This document shows, one piece after another, positions 1 through 13,189 of a DNA stretch of 63,610 nt (position 1 is the first letter of the stretch; each line of letters opens with the position of its first letter). A program made the translations under genes and the position numbers. Origin of the DNA: Lama glama (Eukaryota); NCBI GenBank assembly GCA_028534125.1, contig CM052818.1, forward strand, positions 1,676,391-1,740,000, in the 5' to 3' direction. A model generated the notes under the pieces. The model was not told where the DNA came from and made no database searches. It saw only the letters and a program-made list of their open reading frames with translations.

Positions 1-237
1 GGTAGCATATATAGACAGCATGTGTGTGGGGGTAGATGTCATTTCAGAAATGAAATCCAGTCATCATATCCCAAAGGCGTTTGTTGATTAGAAGAGGATA
101 TAAAATATATTTGAACACCTGTGCAAATCTCTTTGCTGATACAGAGCCACTAAAAGTTCCTGCAGATATAGACCATGTCTAGAAACAGGCACAGCCAGCA
201 TTTGGAAAAACACATAGACTTCCCTAATCAGGAAGTC

Positions 238-345
238 TTTATTCAACACGGTGCCCAGCATTGTGACCGTGGGTCCGGTGGTAGAGGGGATGCAGTGTGG
301 TGAATAAGACATGCTCCCTTCCCTTGTGGAGCTTACATTCCTGTG
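238..345 (-). mobile_element. L2 LINE 3'-end fragment
   Basis: 'tgaataagacatgctccctt...gtggagcttacattc' resembles the reverse complement of the L2 3' terminus. Confidence 0.6.
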
Positions 346-2786
346 TAGTATGTTTGCCCATGCTTGTAAAATGGGCCTTTTTAACATTCTGCCCTTCCCA
401 AAGTCTCTCTTTCAGTGGCCCTTGTGCTTTGATGGAATGCCACTTTGTCTCAATTTTGATTCTTTGTACTGATGCCGTTATTAGTCAGTTTTAGGGCCAG
501 CTGCAGAGTTTTCTGTAAAGATCCCCAGGACAAAGCCAAGTCTGCTGTATACTAATAAACAGGCATTCAGGAAAGGACTTTTAGCTATGGATTGGCAGCC
601 TGGCATAAAGATTTCAACTTGAACTACTTCAAAAGGTAGTCCTTTGGTTTTTGAAAGCAGAGTTTTTCTGGTTGTTTTGAGGGAATTGTTTTGCCCAAGT
701 TGTTCTGACCGACGCTCATAACCTTCAGTGATACCTCTGATCTTCAAGGAAGTTCTGACATCAAGGAATCCCTATACCCAAGTAGGGGAGAGCTGACACC
801 TTTGGGTCTGCTTCTATAAAAATAAAAATAGGAACATTCTGAGAGTAGACTGCACTGAGCTCGACCTTTGACCTCACGTAAGCCCAGGCTGGATCAGCAT
901 ACACAAGCCTGGGGCACAGGTGAATGAGGCCTTCAGCCATGGGATGTGGCCACAGCCTCTGCAAAGCAAATGTATCCCCTTACCTTGCTTGAGACATTAG
1001 TAACTAAAGCTGTGATGGAAAATCTACAGAAGGAACTGCCAGTAATTCTGGGACTCACTGAATGCCTTTGGTTGATTGGAGGAGAGTTTATTCTAGAATT
1101 GTTGAGACTTTGTCACACATCTACCGGCCTCTTAACTGGGGAGGAGGTGAGCTCAGAAATTCTGTCTCAGGACTTTTGTTTGTTTGTTTAACACAGTCCA
1201 TTTTTTTCCAGACCAGGATCTCATGAAATAATATCCAAGCAAACTACAACTCTTTGGTATAGAAAATCACGTAAGGTGTCATGTAAGAGCCAGGAAAAGG
1301 CTCAGATATTTAACGGGACAAGTGACATTATAGCATGTTGGGAAGACCATTTTCTACTCGTTATCCTTTCACCGTGGAAGTCATTTTAGCAACTCAGAGG
1401 TCTAATTTCTTAAAGTCTCATGGAGTTGTCCCAGGGGGTTGGAAATCAGAGGAGAGGGAACAAGTGTTACTGGGGGATACTGACCACACTGAGACCATGG
1501 TGGGCTCCACACTGATTTTCTGAAATAGAGAACAGTTGGGGTCATTGAAGGTGGAAGGTTGATGAACTGCATTGTGTGTTTTCTAGGGGCTTTGCTTTCC
1601 CTCAGAAAGGAGGCATATCCACTTAGCATGAATGTAGGCAACAGAAACTTGGTTCTTTGCACAGTTGTGCAAGTAGAGAAGTAGCTTCTGGGCCTCTTTA
1701 AGGGCCTTCCCTTTAGATAGTCTGTGTGTCTGGAAATGCTGAATCCTTAATGATAGCCCTGTTCGGGTTCTTAAACTGTATTAATGACGGATATGTGGAA
1801 GCAGGCAATGGGTAAAGGACTTCCAGACAGAAGTGGTTGTGGACAATCTTTTGGAGACAAAACACCAGATTTTTGACATATTTTCTCATGAATAGTACAT
1901 TGGATTTGGCCTTTGACTCATGGGCCTCCCAAGCTAACATTATTCAGTGTTACTGTCAACCCGTGTTGATGCAGTCTTGGGTTAGGTGGGTAGTCTAAGG
2001 TAAAGCTTGGCCAACGGAGTTGTCCACCACTTCCGACGTCCAACTGGAGTCAGAGAGCTCTGCCACTTAGAGGTTCCACTGGGTATAGAACAGCTTTTCC
2101 AGTGGTGGCTAGAAGGACCTTTTCCCGAAGTGCGACTCTAGTCTGGGACAACCCTCCTTACCCCTCTGCTCCAGTAGCACAGGTGTAACTTTTAACGTGG
2201 GCACGGTGCCTGCCTCGCTCCAGGTGGCCTCAGAGTGAAGTCTGGCAGTTCAGAGGCTGGAGTTACATTCCATTTCAGCTCTTGTGGGTAGAGCTGTTAA
2301 GCCTAGCACAGCAGGCCACCTGGTTGTTCCTACCTTAGCTCACAGACAGCATCTGTGATCCTGTCGTGGTAAATTGTGAGATAGCTAGGTCATCTGTGAG
2401 GCCAGCCGCTTGGCTAGTCTGAGGCACTGCTCTCTGCTTTCCCATCAAACCAAGCCTCAGAAACTCGGGAGGGTTCTCCCTTACCTCCAACACACAGCAT
2501 AAACGGGCATAGCCATAAAGCTAGAATTTGTGAATCTCTGAGATAATCATATCTTCAGGGAAAAGGGCAGAAAAGTCATCACCAGTGGATTTTCCTGGGA
2601 GCAGCAGTGGTATCAGAGGCTGTTGTGGTAGTGCTGGCTGAGTTAACGCCTCCTGAGTTCTGAACGCAAGTCTCATATCCATGAATCGCACTGTCTGATG
2701 TCCTATTAGGGGTCACTCATAGGCCAAGGAAAGGGCAGTAGAGCCAGGCCTTGGGAACTAACTTCTAACTGGTGCATCCCTGTGAT

Positions 2787-2804
2787 AGCCGCTGGAGGGC
2801 AGCA
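2787..2804 (+). promoter_or_regulatory. CTCF-like motif
   Basis: AGCCGCTGGAGGGCAGCA is close to the CTCF core CCASYAGRKGGCRS; motif match only. Confidence 0.35.
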
Positions 2805-3870
2805 GAGAGTGACAGCACAGGGCTAGATTTGGGGAATCGGGGTATACTTCAGCTTGCCAAGAAAGAAGCCCCCATAGCTGTAAGGGAATTAGCTATCTGG
2901 GAGGCACCATTACAAGTGTAGGCCCCCAGGGAGCAGAGACCAAAAAGAGTATCCAGAACCCTGATCTGAACGTTAAAGCCCTCCTTCTGGGCAAGTTCGG
3001 AAACCGGGACTTGGTAGAGAAACGCAGTAGAATGTGCTCTGAAAGGGGAACCAGCCAGCATCAGTAAAGAAAGGGAACCAAAAGGGCACTCCGAACTGTC
3101 AGGTCCTGAGGGGGCAAGCAGAGATGGGGCAGGAACCAAATGAAAGAAAGAAGTACAGTGGGAAGCAAGCCAGAGTGAGTGAGCTGAGGAGGCAAGGGGA
3201 CAGTCGGGAAAGATGGACTCCGAGGCAGGAAGACAGCCTTTTGGAGGACGCCTGTCAGCAAGCAGGGACCGATTTCAGACACAGTCACACAGCCCTGTCA
3301 ATGGGATTCTCAGCTCTTAAAGTAGTTCCTCCTTGACTAGCCAGGATTATTTCTTTCTTGGTCTTTCTTGGTTTCAAGAGCAAAATAACTCATTGAGAAT
3401 GTGGGGAGAGAGAGATGATACGGCATTTTAAGTGGTGACTAAGGGATTCTTATACATGAAATGAAATTAAACTCGGGCATGAAGCCCTTCTGGATAGCAC
3501 CGGTGTCAAAGGACAGCTCACTTTCCCAGAATAGCTTCTGATGTTCCCTTTTTATATTTTACGCTGTAACATTTGCTAAGAATATCCAGTGGAAAAGAAA
3601 AACCGGCTCTGGTGACTAGTTATATAGGCAAGATCCCAATCAATCCAAGGATTTAGGATCCGTTCCCAGTAGGTTAGCAGAGAGCTGTTTGGAGTCCCTT
3701 CTAAATGCTGTTTAAGCAGTTTTCCAAACCGCTTGAGTATCGAGAAAGGAAACTCTTTTTTGACCTATTAAACTTCTAATATCCCCCTTCTTTGTCCCAA
3801 ACCCTTAAACATCAGGAAAACGGGACTCCTTCCTGTACCTGCAAATTCTGGAAACCTTCTACTGGATGTG

Positions 3871-3990
3871 AAGACAGCATAATGGTTAAGAAATTTGGAA
3901 CTGGGCGGAACTGGGTTTCTAGCTGTGACATTTGGCAAATTACTTGACCTCTCTAAGATGAAATTTCCTACTTTCTTTAATGATATACTT
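3871..3990 (+). mobile_element. MIR SINE fragment
   Basis: 'agcataatggttaag...tagctgtgacatttggcaaattacttgacctctct' matches MIR head and core. Confidence 0.7.
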
Positions 3991-4167
3991 GCCAAATATT
4001 AAGTGACATAATTATTTTATTTAATGCTTACTCCAACATTATAAGCCTTGTAAGTTATAAAATCTTCATTTTTAGAGCCTCAGATATGTCTCCAGTAGGT
4101 TAGTTCATAAATATAACAGGTGAATGACTAAATAAATTATGATAGAGTCTTAGAAGTATCATTTATC

Positions 4168-4454
4168 AATAAAAAGGAATAAACTGTTGATACATCCAAT
4201 TCTAGAATTTATATAAAATTCTAGAAAATGCAAGCTAATCTATAGTGACAGAGCATAGATTACTGGTTGCTTTGGGGCAAAGGGACAGGACTGATGACAA
4301 GGAAGTACAAGGGAGTTTTGTGGGATGATGGAAATGTTCTTGGTGGTGGTGGTTACATAGATGTATATTTTGTCAAAACTCATGGGTCCCTACAATTAAA
4401 ATAGGTTCATTTTATTGTACATAAAATTATATCCAAATAAAATGGATTTTAAAA
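4168..4454 (+). mobile_element. Old L1 (L1ME/L1MC-type) 3' end
   Basis: 'ctaatctatagtgacagagc...gggatgatggaaatgttct...tttattgtacataaaattata' is typical of an L1M 3' UTR. Confidence 0.8.
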
Positions 4455-4500
4455 GTAGCAGTCTAAAATTTTTGTATAAAATTCTAAAGTTTATTGTTTT

Positions 4501-6170
4501 TATACTCTGTGTCTGGCTTCTTTCATACAGAATAATGTTTAACAATTCATCCATGATATTGGGTGTATCAGTAAGTAGTTTATTCCTCGGGGGGTGGGTA
4601 CAGCTCAGTGGTAGAGCACATGCCTGCCATGTATGAGGTCCTGGGTTCGATCCCCACTACCCCCATTAAAATTTTTTTTAAATAGTTCCTTCCTTTTTAT
4701 TGGTGAGTGATAGTCTTTATATGGATATATCACACTTTATGTGGTCATGCACCTGCTATATTTATCAACATTTTGTTCATTTCCAATTTCCACTATTGAA
4801 TAAAGCTGCAATGAACATTCATGTACGAGTACTTGTGTAGATGTGTTTTTAATTCTGGTGGGTAATACAAGGAGTGGGACTGTTGGAGTGTGTGTGCTTA
4901 GCTTTATTTTTTTTCAAATGTCAAGCTGCTTTCTAAAGTGATTGTGCCATCTTCCACCCGTACCAGCACGAATGAGTGTTGTGGTTGTTCCACATCTTCT
5001 TCAGCACGTGGTGTGACAGTCTTTGGTTTGCTGGTTTATTGAGGCATAATTAACGTATAGTAAAACTCACCCTTCTTATTCATCCTAGGTAGATATCCTC
5101 CCCATTCATCCTAGATATACAGCTCTGTAAATTTTTACAGACTTTTGCAGTTGTGTAACCATCACCAAAATCAAGATACAGAATATTTCCATGACTCAAA
5201 AAATTCCTTTATGCCTCTTTGTGATGAGACTCCTCTTCCCACTTCCAGCTCTTCGCAATGACTGCGCTAATCTCTGACGCTACAGTTTTGTCATATAAGT
5301 GGACTTACGCATATAAATGTCACGATACTTTTAATTTTGTCCTCTTTCACTTACCATGATGCCTTTGAGATTCATTCATATTGTTACCTGTGTTGGTAGT
5401 CTCTTCATTTTTATTGCAGAACAATATTCCATTATAAGTATTATTTGCTTACTCATTCAGCAGTTGATGAATATTTGGATTGTTCCCAGTTTGGGGATGT
5501 CATGCAAGAAGCCACAATAAAGATTTGTGTAAAGGCTTTTATGTGGTCATATGTTCTCATTTCTTTAAAAGACTTAGGAGTGGAATGGCTGAGTCATATA
5601 GTAAATATATGTTTAACTTTATAAGAAACTATCAGACTTTTCCAAGGTAGCTTGACCATTTTACATTTTCAACAGCAATATATGAGAGTTTCAGTTGCTC
5701 CGCACCCTTGCTAATATTTGATATTGTCAATTTTCTTTTTGTTTGCGCCATTCTGTTAGGTATGTAGTAGTATCTTGTGGTGCTTTTAATTTACATTCCT
5801 GTAATAACTGTTGATACTGAACATTATTTTGTGTGCTTGCCATCTGTATCTCTTCTTCTGTGGAATGTTTGTTCACAACTTTTGTCCAGCTTTTATAAAA
5901 TAACTATTAGTGAGTTGTAAAAGATTTTTATATTTTCTGGTGAACAGTTCATTATCAGATATGTGTTTGGCAACTTTTTTTCTCCTAGTCTGTAGCTTTT
6001 AATTTTCTTAACAGTATCTCTCCAAAAGTTTGAGTTTTTTTATTTTAATAAAATACAGTTCACAATGACATCTTTTTTTTGGTTTGTTTGTTTCATGGTT
6101 CATTCTCCATGTGTCCTATGTTAAATTTTTGCCTAAACAAAATCTTTTATTCCTTTTCTTTCATTCTGCA
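4501..6170 (-). mobile_element. Old L1 3' regions, apparently two nested copies (second 3' end near 5030)
   Basis: Antisense L1 motifs 'gtctggcttctttca', 'aataaagctgcaatgaacattcatgtac', 'ccattttacattttcaacagcaatatatgagagtt'. Confidence 0.8.
4589..4682 (+). mobile_element. Camelid-type tRNA-derived SINE (Vic-1-like)
   Basis: A box 'cagctcagtggtagag', B box 'gggttcgatccc'; degraded target-site duplication agtagtttattcct (4574-4587) / aatagttccttcct (4681-4694). Confidence 0.85.
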
Positions 6171-6221
6171 ACCTACCATTAAAAAAACCCAAAAAACAAA
6201 AACAAACCAACAAACAAAGTT

Positions 6222-6700
6222 AAGATCATGTCATTTGCCTGTTTAAAAAGCCTGAGCGCTCTCTTTTGCCCAAACAACAAGGGACAGACTCCTAGCCAAG
6301 CAAGTCTGGTCCCAGTTTGTCTTTCTGATCTCCTTGTCCTGTCATTCTCCCCCACGTAACCTTTACCAGGACCACGCTTCACACCTCACTGATACAAAAA
6401 CCAGACAGCTGTAGGCCCCCTCTGCCTGTCCCAGAGTGCTCTCCCTTGGTAAAGTGACAAACACCTTTCCTTCCTTCGCAGCTTGGCTCAAATGTCATCT
6501 CCTTTATAAATTCTTCCCAGCCTCCTCAGACAGATTTAATTGTTCCCCCTTTGGGTCCCTGACATTTTGTATGTCCCTTCATTACTTATTCGCTTGTAAT
6601 GACTTGTTTAATCATCTGCCTTCTCCAGTAGATTCTGAGTTCACCAAGGGCAGGGTCCCTGTTTTATTTGTCCTCGAATTCCCCCTCCCCCAGCAGTAGC
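6222..6700 (+). mobile_element. L2 LINE fragment
   Basis: 'agatcatgtcatttgcctgtttaaaa', 'gctcaaatgtcatctcct', 'tgagttcaccaagggcagggtccctgtt'. Confidence 0.7.
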
Positions 6701-7524
6701 ATAATTCCAATTAGATATTATGCTTTCATAGTTGCTTTTTGAATGCATCGACTTAATATTGTTTTGTGACATTTCAGAAGTAAATGGGATGAGATCGAAT
6801 TTCTGAATAATATTTGTACTCAAAACTCCCTTAAATAAAGAGTATCCATCATTTTCCTCCCACTCCCACTCTCCTTCCATCTTGTTAAATGAAGTGCATC
6901 AGTCACAACCCTGAGGAAGGCAGGAGCAAACACGGAGAAAGGGGACTTAGCAGGGAGGCCTTGGGGCCGAGCACAGAGGACCTGGCACAGAGTCGAGAGA
7001 GAAGGCTGCCTAGGGAGCACACTGTGCAGCTCGGTGGTCCATGCTGGGCAGGAAAACAGCCGATAAATTATTCTTCCTGCTTCAGCAGGAGGTGACTTCT
7101 CAGATGAAACACTTGGTTGTACTCTTCCGACCCTGGTGAGCACCTGGATTCACGTTTCAGGTGTTGCCTTTCTACTTCTACGCCCAAATGGGACCCATTT
7201 TTCTTGGTGCAAATGCACTGTTGGAGTTCATCCAGCATTTTGCCTGTATTGTATCTGTCTGCGATGTATGTATCCTACCTAACTGAGCTTCAGAATTAAG
7301 CCAGTATGTCAGTCCCAACTCTGAAACCCATTCAAGATGTTGGACCCTTTTTCAGAATGACTTCCAAAGTGGTTTACAAATAATTCCTGCTGAGGCAGTG
7401 AGGAATTTTGAATGAAAGTGATTAATGTGTTGAAAATGAAGATGGCCTCATCCTTCATGCCAGAAATATTATCTTCATCGTGTATAATAGTGAAAAAAAA
7501 CCTTAATGTGCTATATTCTAGTAT

Positions 7525-8145
7525 CATTTAAAATATTCTAAAACTACACTCCTGATTTTCCCATTACCCCCATAAAAACGTGCTCCTTCTGAGTCATCTG
7601 CATCCCAATTAATGGCAGTTCTGGTCTTTCTTCTAGGAATAAAAATTTTAGAGTCATCCTGGATTCCTTTCTTTCTCTCACATCCCACATCTAGCCTGTC
7701 AGTGAGCCATGTTTCCTCTCCCTTCAAAACATATCCAGAAACCAGCCATTTATGACTATCATTTCTTTCCTTCTGATTCAAGTAATAATTATTTCTCCTA
7801 GTATTTTTGCAGGAGCCTCTTAACTAGTCTCCGTGATTGTGACTTTGCCCCTCTGCAGACCATTCTCAGTATGGCAGCCAGTATGAACAGTGCCACTCCA
7901 CCACCAAACCCAACCAAAACCAAGGCAAAACTCTATCCTTTTCCCTGTTTTATTTTTCTCTGAAGGCTTTATCATCTTCTACTATATTATATATCTTATG
8001 CACCCTGTTTAATTTGTTTTTCCTCGACTAGAAAATTATTTTCATGAGGGTACATATTTTGCCCCATTTTGTGAACAACTTTGTTCTCAGTGCCTAGAAC
8101 AATTCTGAGCACGTGGTAGGCTTTAAGTAAGCATTGTGGAAGGGA
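7525..8145 (+). mobile_element. L2 (L2a-like) fragment
   Basis: 'gagtcatcctggattcctttctttctctcacatcccacat', 'cagtgcctagaacaattctgagcacgtggtagg'. Confidence 0.8.
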
Positions 8146-9844
8146 AGAAAAGTGTAATCTCTACATGTTTGCCTTAGTGTTAAGTACTGACAGGCTAATA
8201 GCGTTTTAGATATGGATTTTTCTACCACACAACCTGATGCATCCTTAAAAGAAGGGATTTCAGAAAGTTTTTGATCAGTGATTTAAAAGTGTATCATACC
8301 TATTGGACATAAACTCCACCCCTTTCAATGAAGTAGTGACAGCATGTTTCCTAAAAGGATTTGTGGTTGTGGATTTCTTTGCTTCGCAATATAGATTGAT
8401 AGCTGCCTGCTGATAAATGTCTCTCCCTAATGGTGTATTACCCGGGATGATGGCGATGATGAGGGTGTTAAGTATGGAGAGGAAAACATTGAGCCAGGTG
8501 CCAAAGTTTCTGCTTACAAGCTGGCAGTGAGACTGAAGGCAACCTAGCTTATTGAGAAATGCAGAAGTCACTGGAAAATGGTCAGAGTAACTCAACAGAA
8601 CAGGTTGGGAGCAGTGTTTTGGTAAATGGAAAATTGACTCCTGGTCAGAGAAATGTGTTATGACTTTTACAGAGGACTTTGCGTATCGTGCGGGGACAGA
8701 CAGGGTACATCTGTCCAGCAGAGTAAGGTAGAGTATGAGATGTGGAGAGCTTGGGAAATCAAAGCATACCAAGGGGCGAGAGGCAGGAGAAGGCCTCTCT
8801 GCAGCTGTGACAGTCCGAATACAGTATTTTGGAGAACAGCAACGAAACATACTTCAACTGTGTAATCTAAAGTAGAATCTAAAATTCAGTAGCCCAGCCT
8901 GAGGAGTGGCAGAGAAATCTGAAATGAGACATCCAGGGCTAACTGGTCACCTTCTGCTGCTTTCCTTTTGTCCTGTGCTTCATTGCCTTTCTCAGTGTGG
9001 CTTTGGAGGGTCTTAGGCCCACAAAACCCCAGAGAAAGGAGGAGGATCTGTGGAGGGTCTAGCCTGCTGAAATCTCCCACTGCTTTTATAGAGAGCAGCT
9101 GGCAACAGCTCACTGTCCTTAAGTAGCAAGTTGCCTGGACAGGGATCATAGGATTTAATTGATGAATCTGTGACTGGCTAATTGTATAGATGCTGGGGTT
9201 GAGTGGCCTAGATAGGCCAACCGACTCCCTAAATGTGGATTTTTTTTTTTTAATTTCCCAGACTGAAACAGAAGAACATAGCTGTGGTTTTATGTTCGTT
9301 GTATCCTGTAATGTGCTGGGGAGCATAGGTTTCTTTATTGTGGGTTCTGCTTTTTAAAAGGTAATAGGACTGAGAAAATCTTGGCAAAAAGTCAGATGTG
9401 GCAGAGGTGAAACCATTAACCTCTTCCCCTACTTTCACTTTCTCATTTTTGTTCCCCAGAATTCAGTGGTAATTTTACACACACCCCCACACTTCTAAAA
9501 TCTCTTATGCAGAGCTACTGAGTTTTGATGGTGTACTGTCTTCAGGTCTCCTAAGGCACACTGGCCCCTGGGAGAGAAGTGGAGTTCTCTGATGTTCATA
9601 CGTCATCCTCTGGTACATTCAAAAAGATGTTCCCTAGGCTCAGGGATCATAAAACTGAGTTTCCAGTAGAGCGAGGCTGGAGTTGGCTTACAGTGGTAAA
9701 GCACTGTGAATGGCAGTGCTTCACCCGCACTTTTGTCTTCCTGATCGAGGCCCCAGAATAAAGTGGCTAAGAGAAAAGAATCCGTTCAGCAACTGATAGC
9801 AGAGCCGCCCGCTGTGGACCACCCCAGAATGTAGAACATTGAAG

Positions 9845-9993
9845 GGAAAGAAAGTCAGGGTACCTGTGTTGTTGCCAGCAACTGGGTTATTTTGGAAAAG
9901 TCCCTTCCTTGTGTTTTAATTTCCCCAATGCAAAATGAAAAGATTAGATTAGATAATCTTCGTGTTCCCTTTGAGCTCTTGTGTCCTGTGATG
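9845..9993 (+). mobile_element. MIR3-like SINE fragment
   Basis: MIR core followed by the L3-related tail 'gattagataatcttcgtgttccctttgagctct'. Confidence 0.5.
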
Positions 9994-10851
9994 TTAGATT
10001 ATCCTTACCAGCTTCAGACTTACCCTCTTCAAGGTGGTTTCTTCCTTAACCTCTCCTGTGTGCTTGCTTAGAATTCCTTTATTTCAGTTTTAGAAGACAG
10101 CAGTCATTCAGTAGGAAGCTTTTTGCCATTCTATCACTCATGATCCTCGACTTTATAACACAGGATCCACTGAAAGCTTTTAGCCAAATTAATCTTTCTC
10201 AACCCATGCGTCTATATCTCATAGAACTTACTGACTCAGTTGGAGGAAAAAGAAAGACACCAGGAGTTTCCCGCCTTGGTCACTCCTTTTGAAAACCTGA
10301 GGTCAGGATCTTGCTTGCCAACAGTGGAATCTGCCATCAAGGTATTGGAGCTTTCCACAGCTACCTTGCTTTAGAGAGTTCTAGCAATGATCTATTATTC
10401 TATTGCCTGGAGCAAGATGTTCCTGGAAAAGAGGTCTCTGAGTGTTCAGCCAATTTAGCAATTCATTGGCTCAGTGTTCTGAGATATTTCAGGATATTAT
10501 GTGCAAAATTGAAATTTGGCTGGTCGCTGCCCAAGAATCAGGACCATTAAAGATGACTGGATTAGGAGGTAAGACACTGGGCAAAAGAGCTTTGAGAAAA
10601 TTATTTCCAAGTTAAAAGAGGAAATCAGTATATCATGGACAGGCAGAACTTCACACAGAATCTGTAGGACCAGATCTACCTCTGATTGCTTCTCCTCAGG
10701 CTCTTTTTTGCAGGAGGTGGGTGTGGGGGGGTTTCTTTTCCTCTGTCTATCCCTTAGAATCATACTTCAAGGATTCTGTCAGTCTTTTATTCTATCAGCT
10801 CTATCAGTCCTCTGTTCTTACTCTCTATGTTCTACCTAACCGCAGAGAAAA

Positions 10852-11448
10852 TGTAGGGGGGGGTGTGTGTGTGTGTAAGAATAATGCCCTGTTCCCCCAA
10901 AGATGTCCACATCTTAATCCCTGTGACCTGTCCATGCTACCTTTATGACACCAGAGATTTCACAGATATGATGTTAAGGATCTTGAGCAGATTATCCTGG
11001 ATTATCTGGGTGAGCCCAGTCTAATACCGTGAGTCCTTAAAAGCAGAAGAGGGAGGCAGAAAGGCGGGTCAGAGAAGGGGGAGAAAGAGAGAGATTCCAA
11101 GTGTGAGAAGGATTTGACCAACCTTGTTGGTTTTGAAGATGGAAGGAGGAGGTCATGTGCTGAAGAGTATAGGTGGCCTCTTGAGGCCAGGACTGGCTAG
11201 GAGTAGCTGACAGCCAGCATGGAAAGAGGACTCAGTCCTGTTCTCACAAGGAACAACCTAAATGGGCTAGGAGACAAGTCTTCCCCTCGAACCTCCAGAA
11301 GGGAATGCAACCCTGCCAACACCTTGACGTCAGCTGGTCAAGACCCCTGGGTACTTCTGACCTAGAGTGCTATAAGATAATAAATGTGTGTCACTTCAGC
11401 CACTAAATTTGTGGCAGTCTGTTATGGAAGCAATAGAAAACTAAGACA
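10852..11448 (+). mobile_element. MaLR solo LTR (MLT1D-like)
   Basis: TG...CA ends; 'cccaaagatgtccacatcttaatccc', 'attatcctggattatctgggtgagccc', 'gcaatagaaaactaagaca'. Confidence 0.9.
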
Positions 11449-11509
11449 AGATACATTCCCTCTTTTGTGACCAAAATCAAAACCTTTACATTATGCTATT
11501 CAATAATGA

Positions 11510-11750
11510 AATGCAGTGCAGTAGAGAAAAAAGAAGGTGGTGTATACAAGTAGACAAAGCTGGATTGAATCTTGCCTCTGTCATATCCTACTGAATGACT
11601 TTGAGAAGAGTCCCTTTTTGAACTTTTTTTTTCCCTCTAGAAAATGGCTGAATACCAACTAGGTCAGAGAAAGAGAGAGAGAAAAGGAAATGAAAGAACA
11701 CACATAAAATGCCCGGCATATGGTAGCAATTTGATAAATGATAGCGATTA
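11510..11750 (+). mobile_element. MIR SINE, degraded
   Basis: 'ctggattgaatcttgcctctgtcat...' and 3' 'gcccggcatatggtagcaatttgataaatgatagc'. Confidence 0.6.
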
Positions 11751-11814
11751 ATATAATAAAAATTAAAGCCAATATGGACATATTTTAGCTATCAAAAGAA
11801 GCACCATATTTAAA

Positions 11815-13075
11815 TATATCAAAGAAACAAGCTGCTGAAGAAAAATAGATGTTAGACTTCACCAAAATCAAAACCTTTTTGCTTCAAAAGACACTATCAA
11901 GAAAGTAAAAGATAAGTCATACATGGAAAATAATATTTTCAAATCATGTATTTGATAAGGGACTAGTATCCAGAATATATCAAAGAATTTGCAACTTAAC
12001 AGTAAAACGGCAACCCAATTTTAAAATGGGCAAAGGATTCAAATAGACACTTCTCTAAAGAAAGTGTACAAATGGCCAATAAGCACATGAGAAGATGCTC
12101 ACCATCATTAGTCATTAGGGAAGTGGAGATTAAAACCACAATGCAGTATCACTCTTCACCCCCTGGATAACTATAATCAATAAAATGGAAAATAACAAAT
12201 GTTGGCGGGGATCTAGAGAATTTGGAACCCTTGTACATGGCTGGTGGAAATGTAAAATGGTGCTGCCTCTGTGGAAGACAGTTTGGCAGTTCCTCAAAAA
12301 GTTAAAAAGAATTACCAGATGACCCAGCAATTCTGTTCCTGGGTACATATCCAAAATAATTGAAAACAGGTGTTTAAACAAAAACTTATACTTGATTATT
12401 CAAAGCAACAATATTCACCGTAGCCAAAAGGGGAAACAACCCAAATGTCCATCCACTGATGAATGGATAAACAAAATGTGGTGTATATATAGAGAGAAAA
12501 AATATATATAAATGGAATATTATTCAGTCAGAAAAAGGAGTGAAGTACTGATACCTGGAACTACATAGAGGAACTCTGAAAACATTATGCTAAGTGAAAG
12601 AAGTCAGATGTAATAGGCTACAAAGTGTATGACTCCATATGCATAAAAAATCCAGAATAACCAAATTCATAGAGACAGAGAGCAGATTAATGGTTATCAG
12701 CAACAGGGGAATGAGGAGGGACTGTTTAATGGATACAAGTTTTCCTTTGAAGTGATGAAAAAGTTCTAGAACTAGATGGTAGTTAGTAGTGGATTGTACA
12801 ACATTGTGAATGTACAAATGTACAACTGACCCTTAAACAACTCAAAGGCTCGGGGCATCAATCTCCTCACAGTGAAAAATCTGCATATAACTTTATAGTC
12901 ATCCCTCTGTATCCAAGGTTCCATATCCTTGGATTCAACCAACTATGGGTCATGTAGTAGTACTGTAGTATGTATTTATTGAAAAAAAAATCCATGTAAA
13001 AGTGGACCCACAGAGTTCAAACCTGTGTTGTTCAAGGATCAACTACCTGATACCACTGAATTATGCACACTTTGA
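11815..13075 (+). mobile_element. L1MB-type LINE, ORF2 C-terminal region and 3' UTR, interrupted by MER8
   Basis: 'aaatggccaataagcacatgagaagatgctc', 'caacccaaatgtccatccactgatgaatggataaacaaaatgtgg'; resumes 'taccactgaattatgcacacttt' after 13045. Confidence 0.9.
12823..13045 (+). mobile_element. MER8-like TcMar-Tigger non-autonomous DNA transposon
   Basis: Terminal inverted repeats caactgacccttaaacaac ... gttgttcaaggatcaacta, preceded by TA; internal 'ggattcaaccaac', 'agtggacccacagagttcaaacc'. Confidence 0.85.
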
Positions 13076-13189
13076 TTTTTTTTCAGTGGTAAACTTAGTT
13101 TTACTTTTAATAATCCAGAAATGGTAAGGAGTAGTCAACTCAGTTGTGTGTGCATTGGTTACACATGCATGTATGTACAGAACTCAAAT

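Noticed and set aside
4589..4670. tRNA-like A and B boxes (also 18440-18515 and 21175-21246)
   Set aside because: These are SINE heads with AT-rich tails and TSDs, not tRNA genes
8275..8850. Longest gap-free ORF (191 aa, minus strand)
   Set aside because: No recognisable domain or exon structure; an ORF of this length is plausible by chance across six frames of 63 kb. Faint CR1-like patches on the plus strand were too weak to call.
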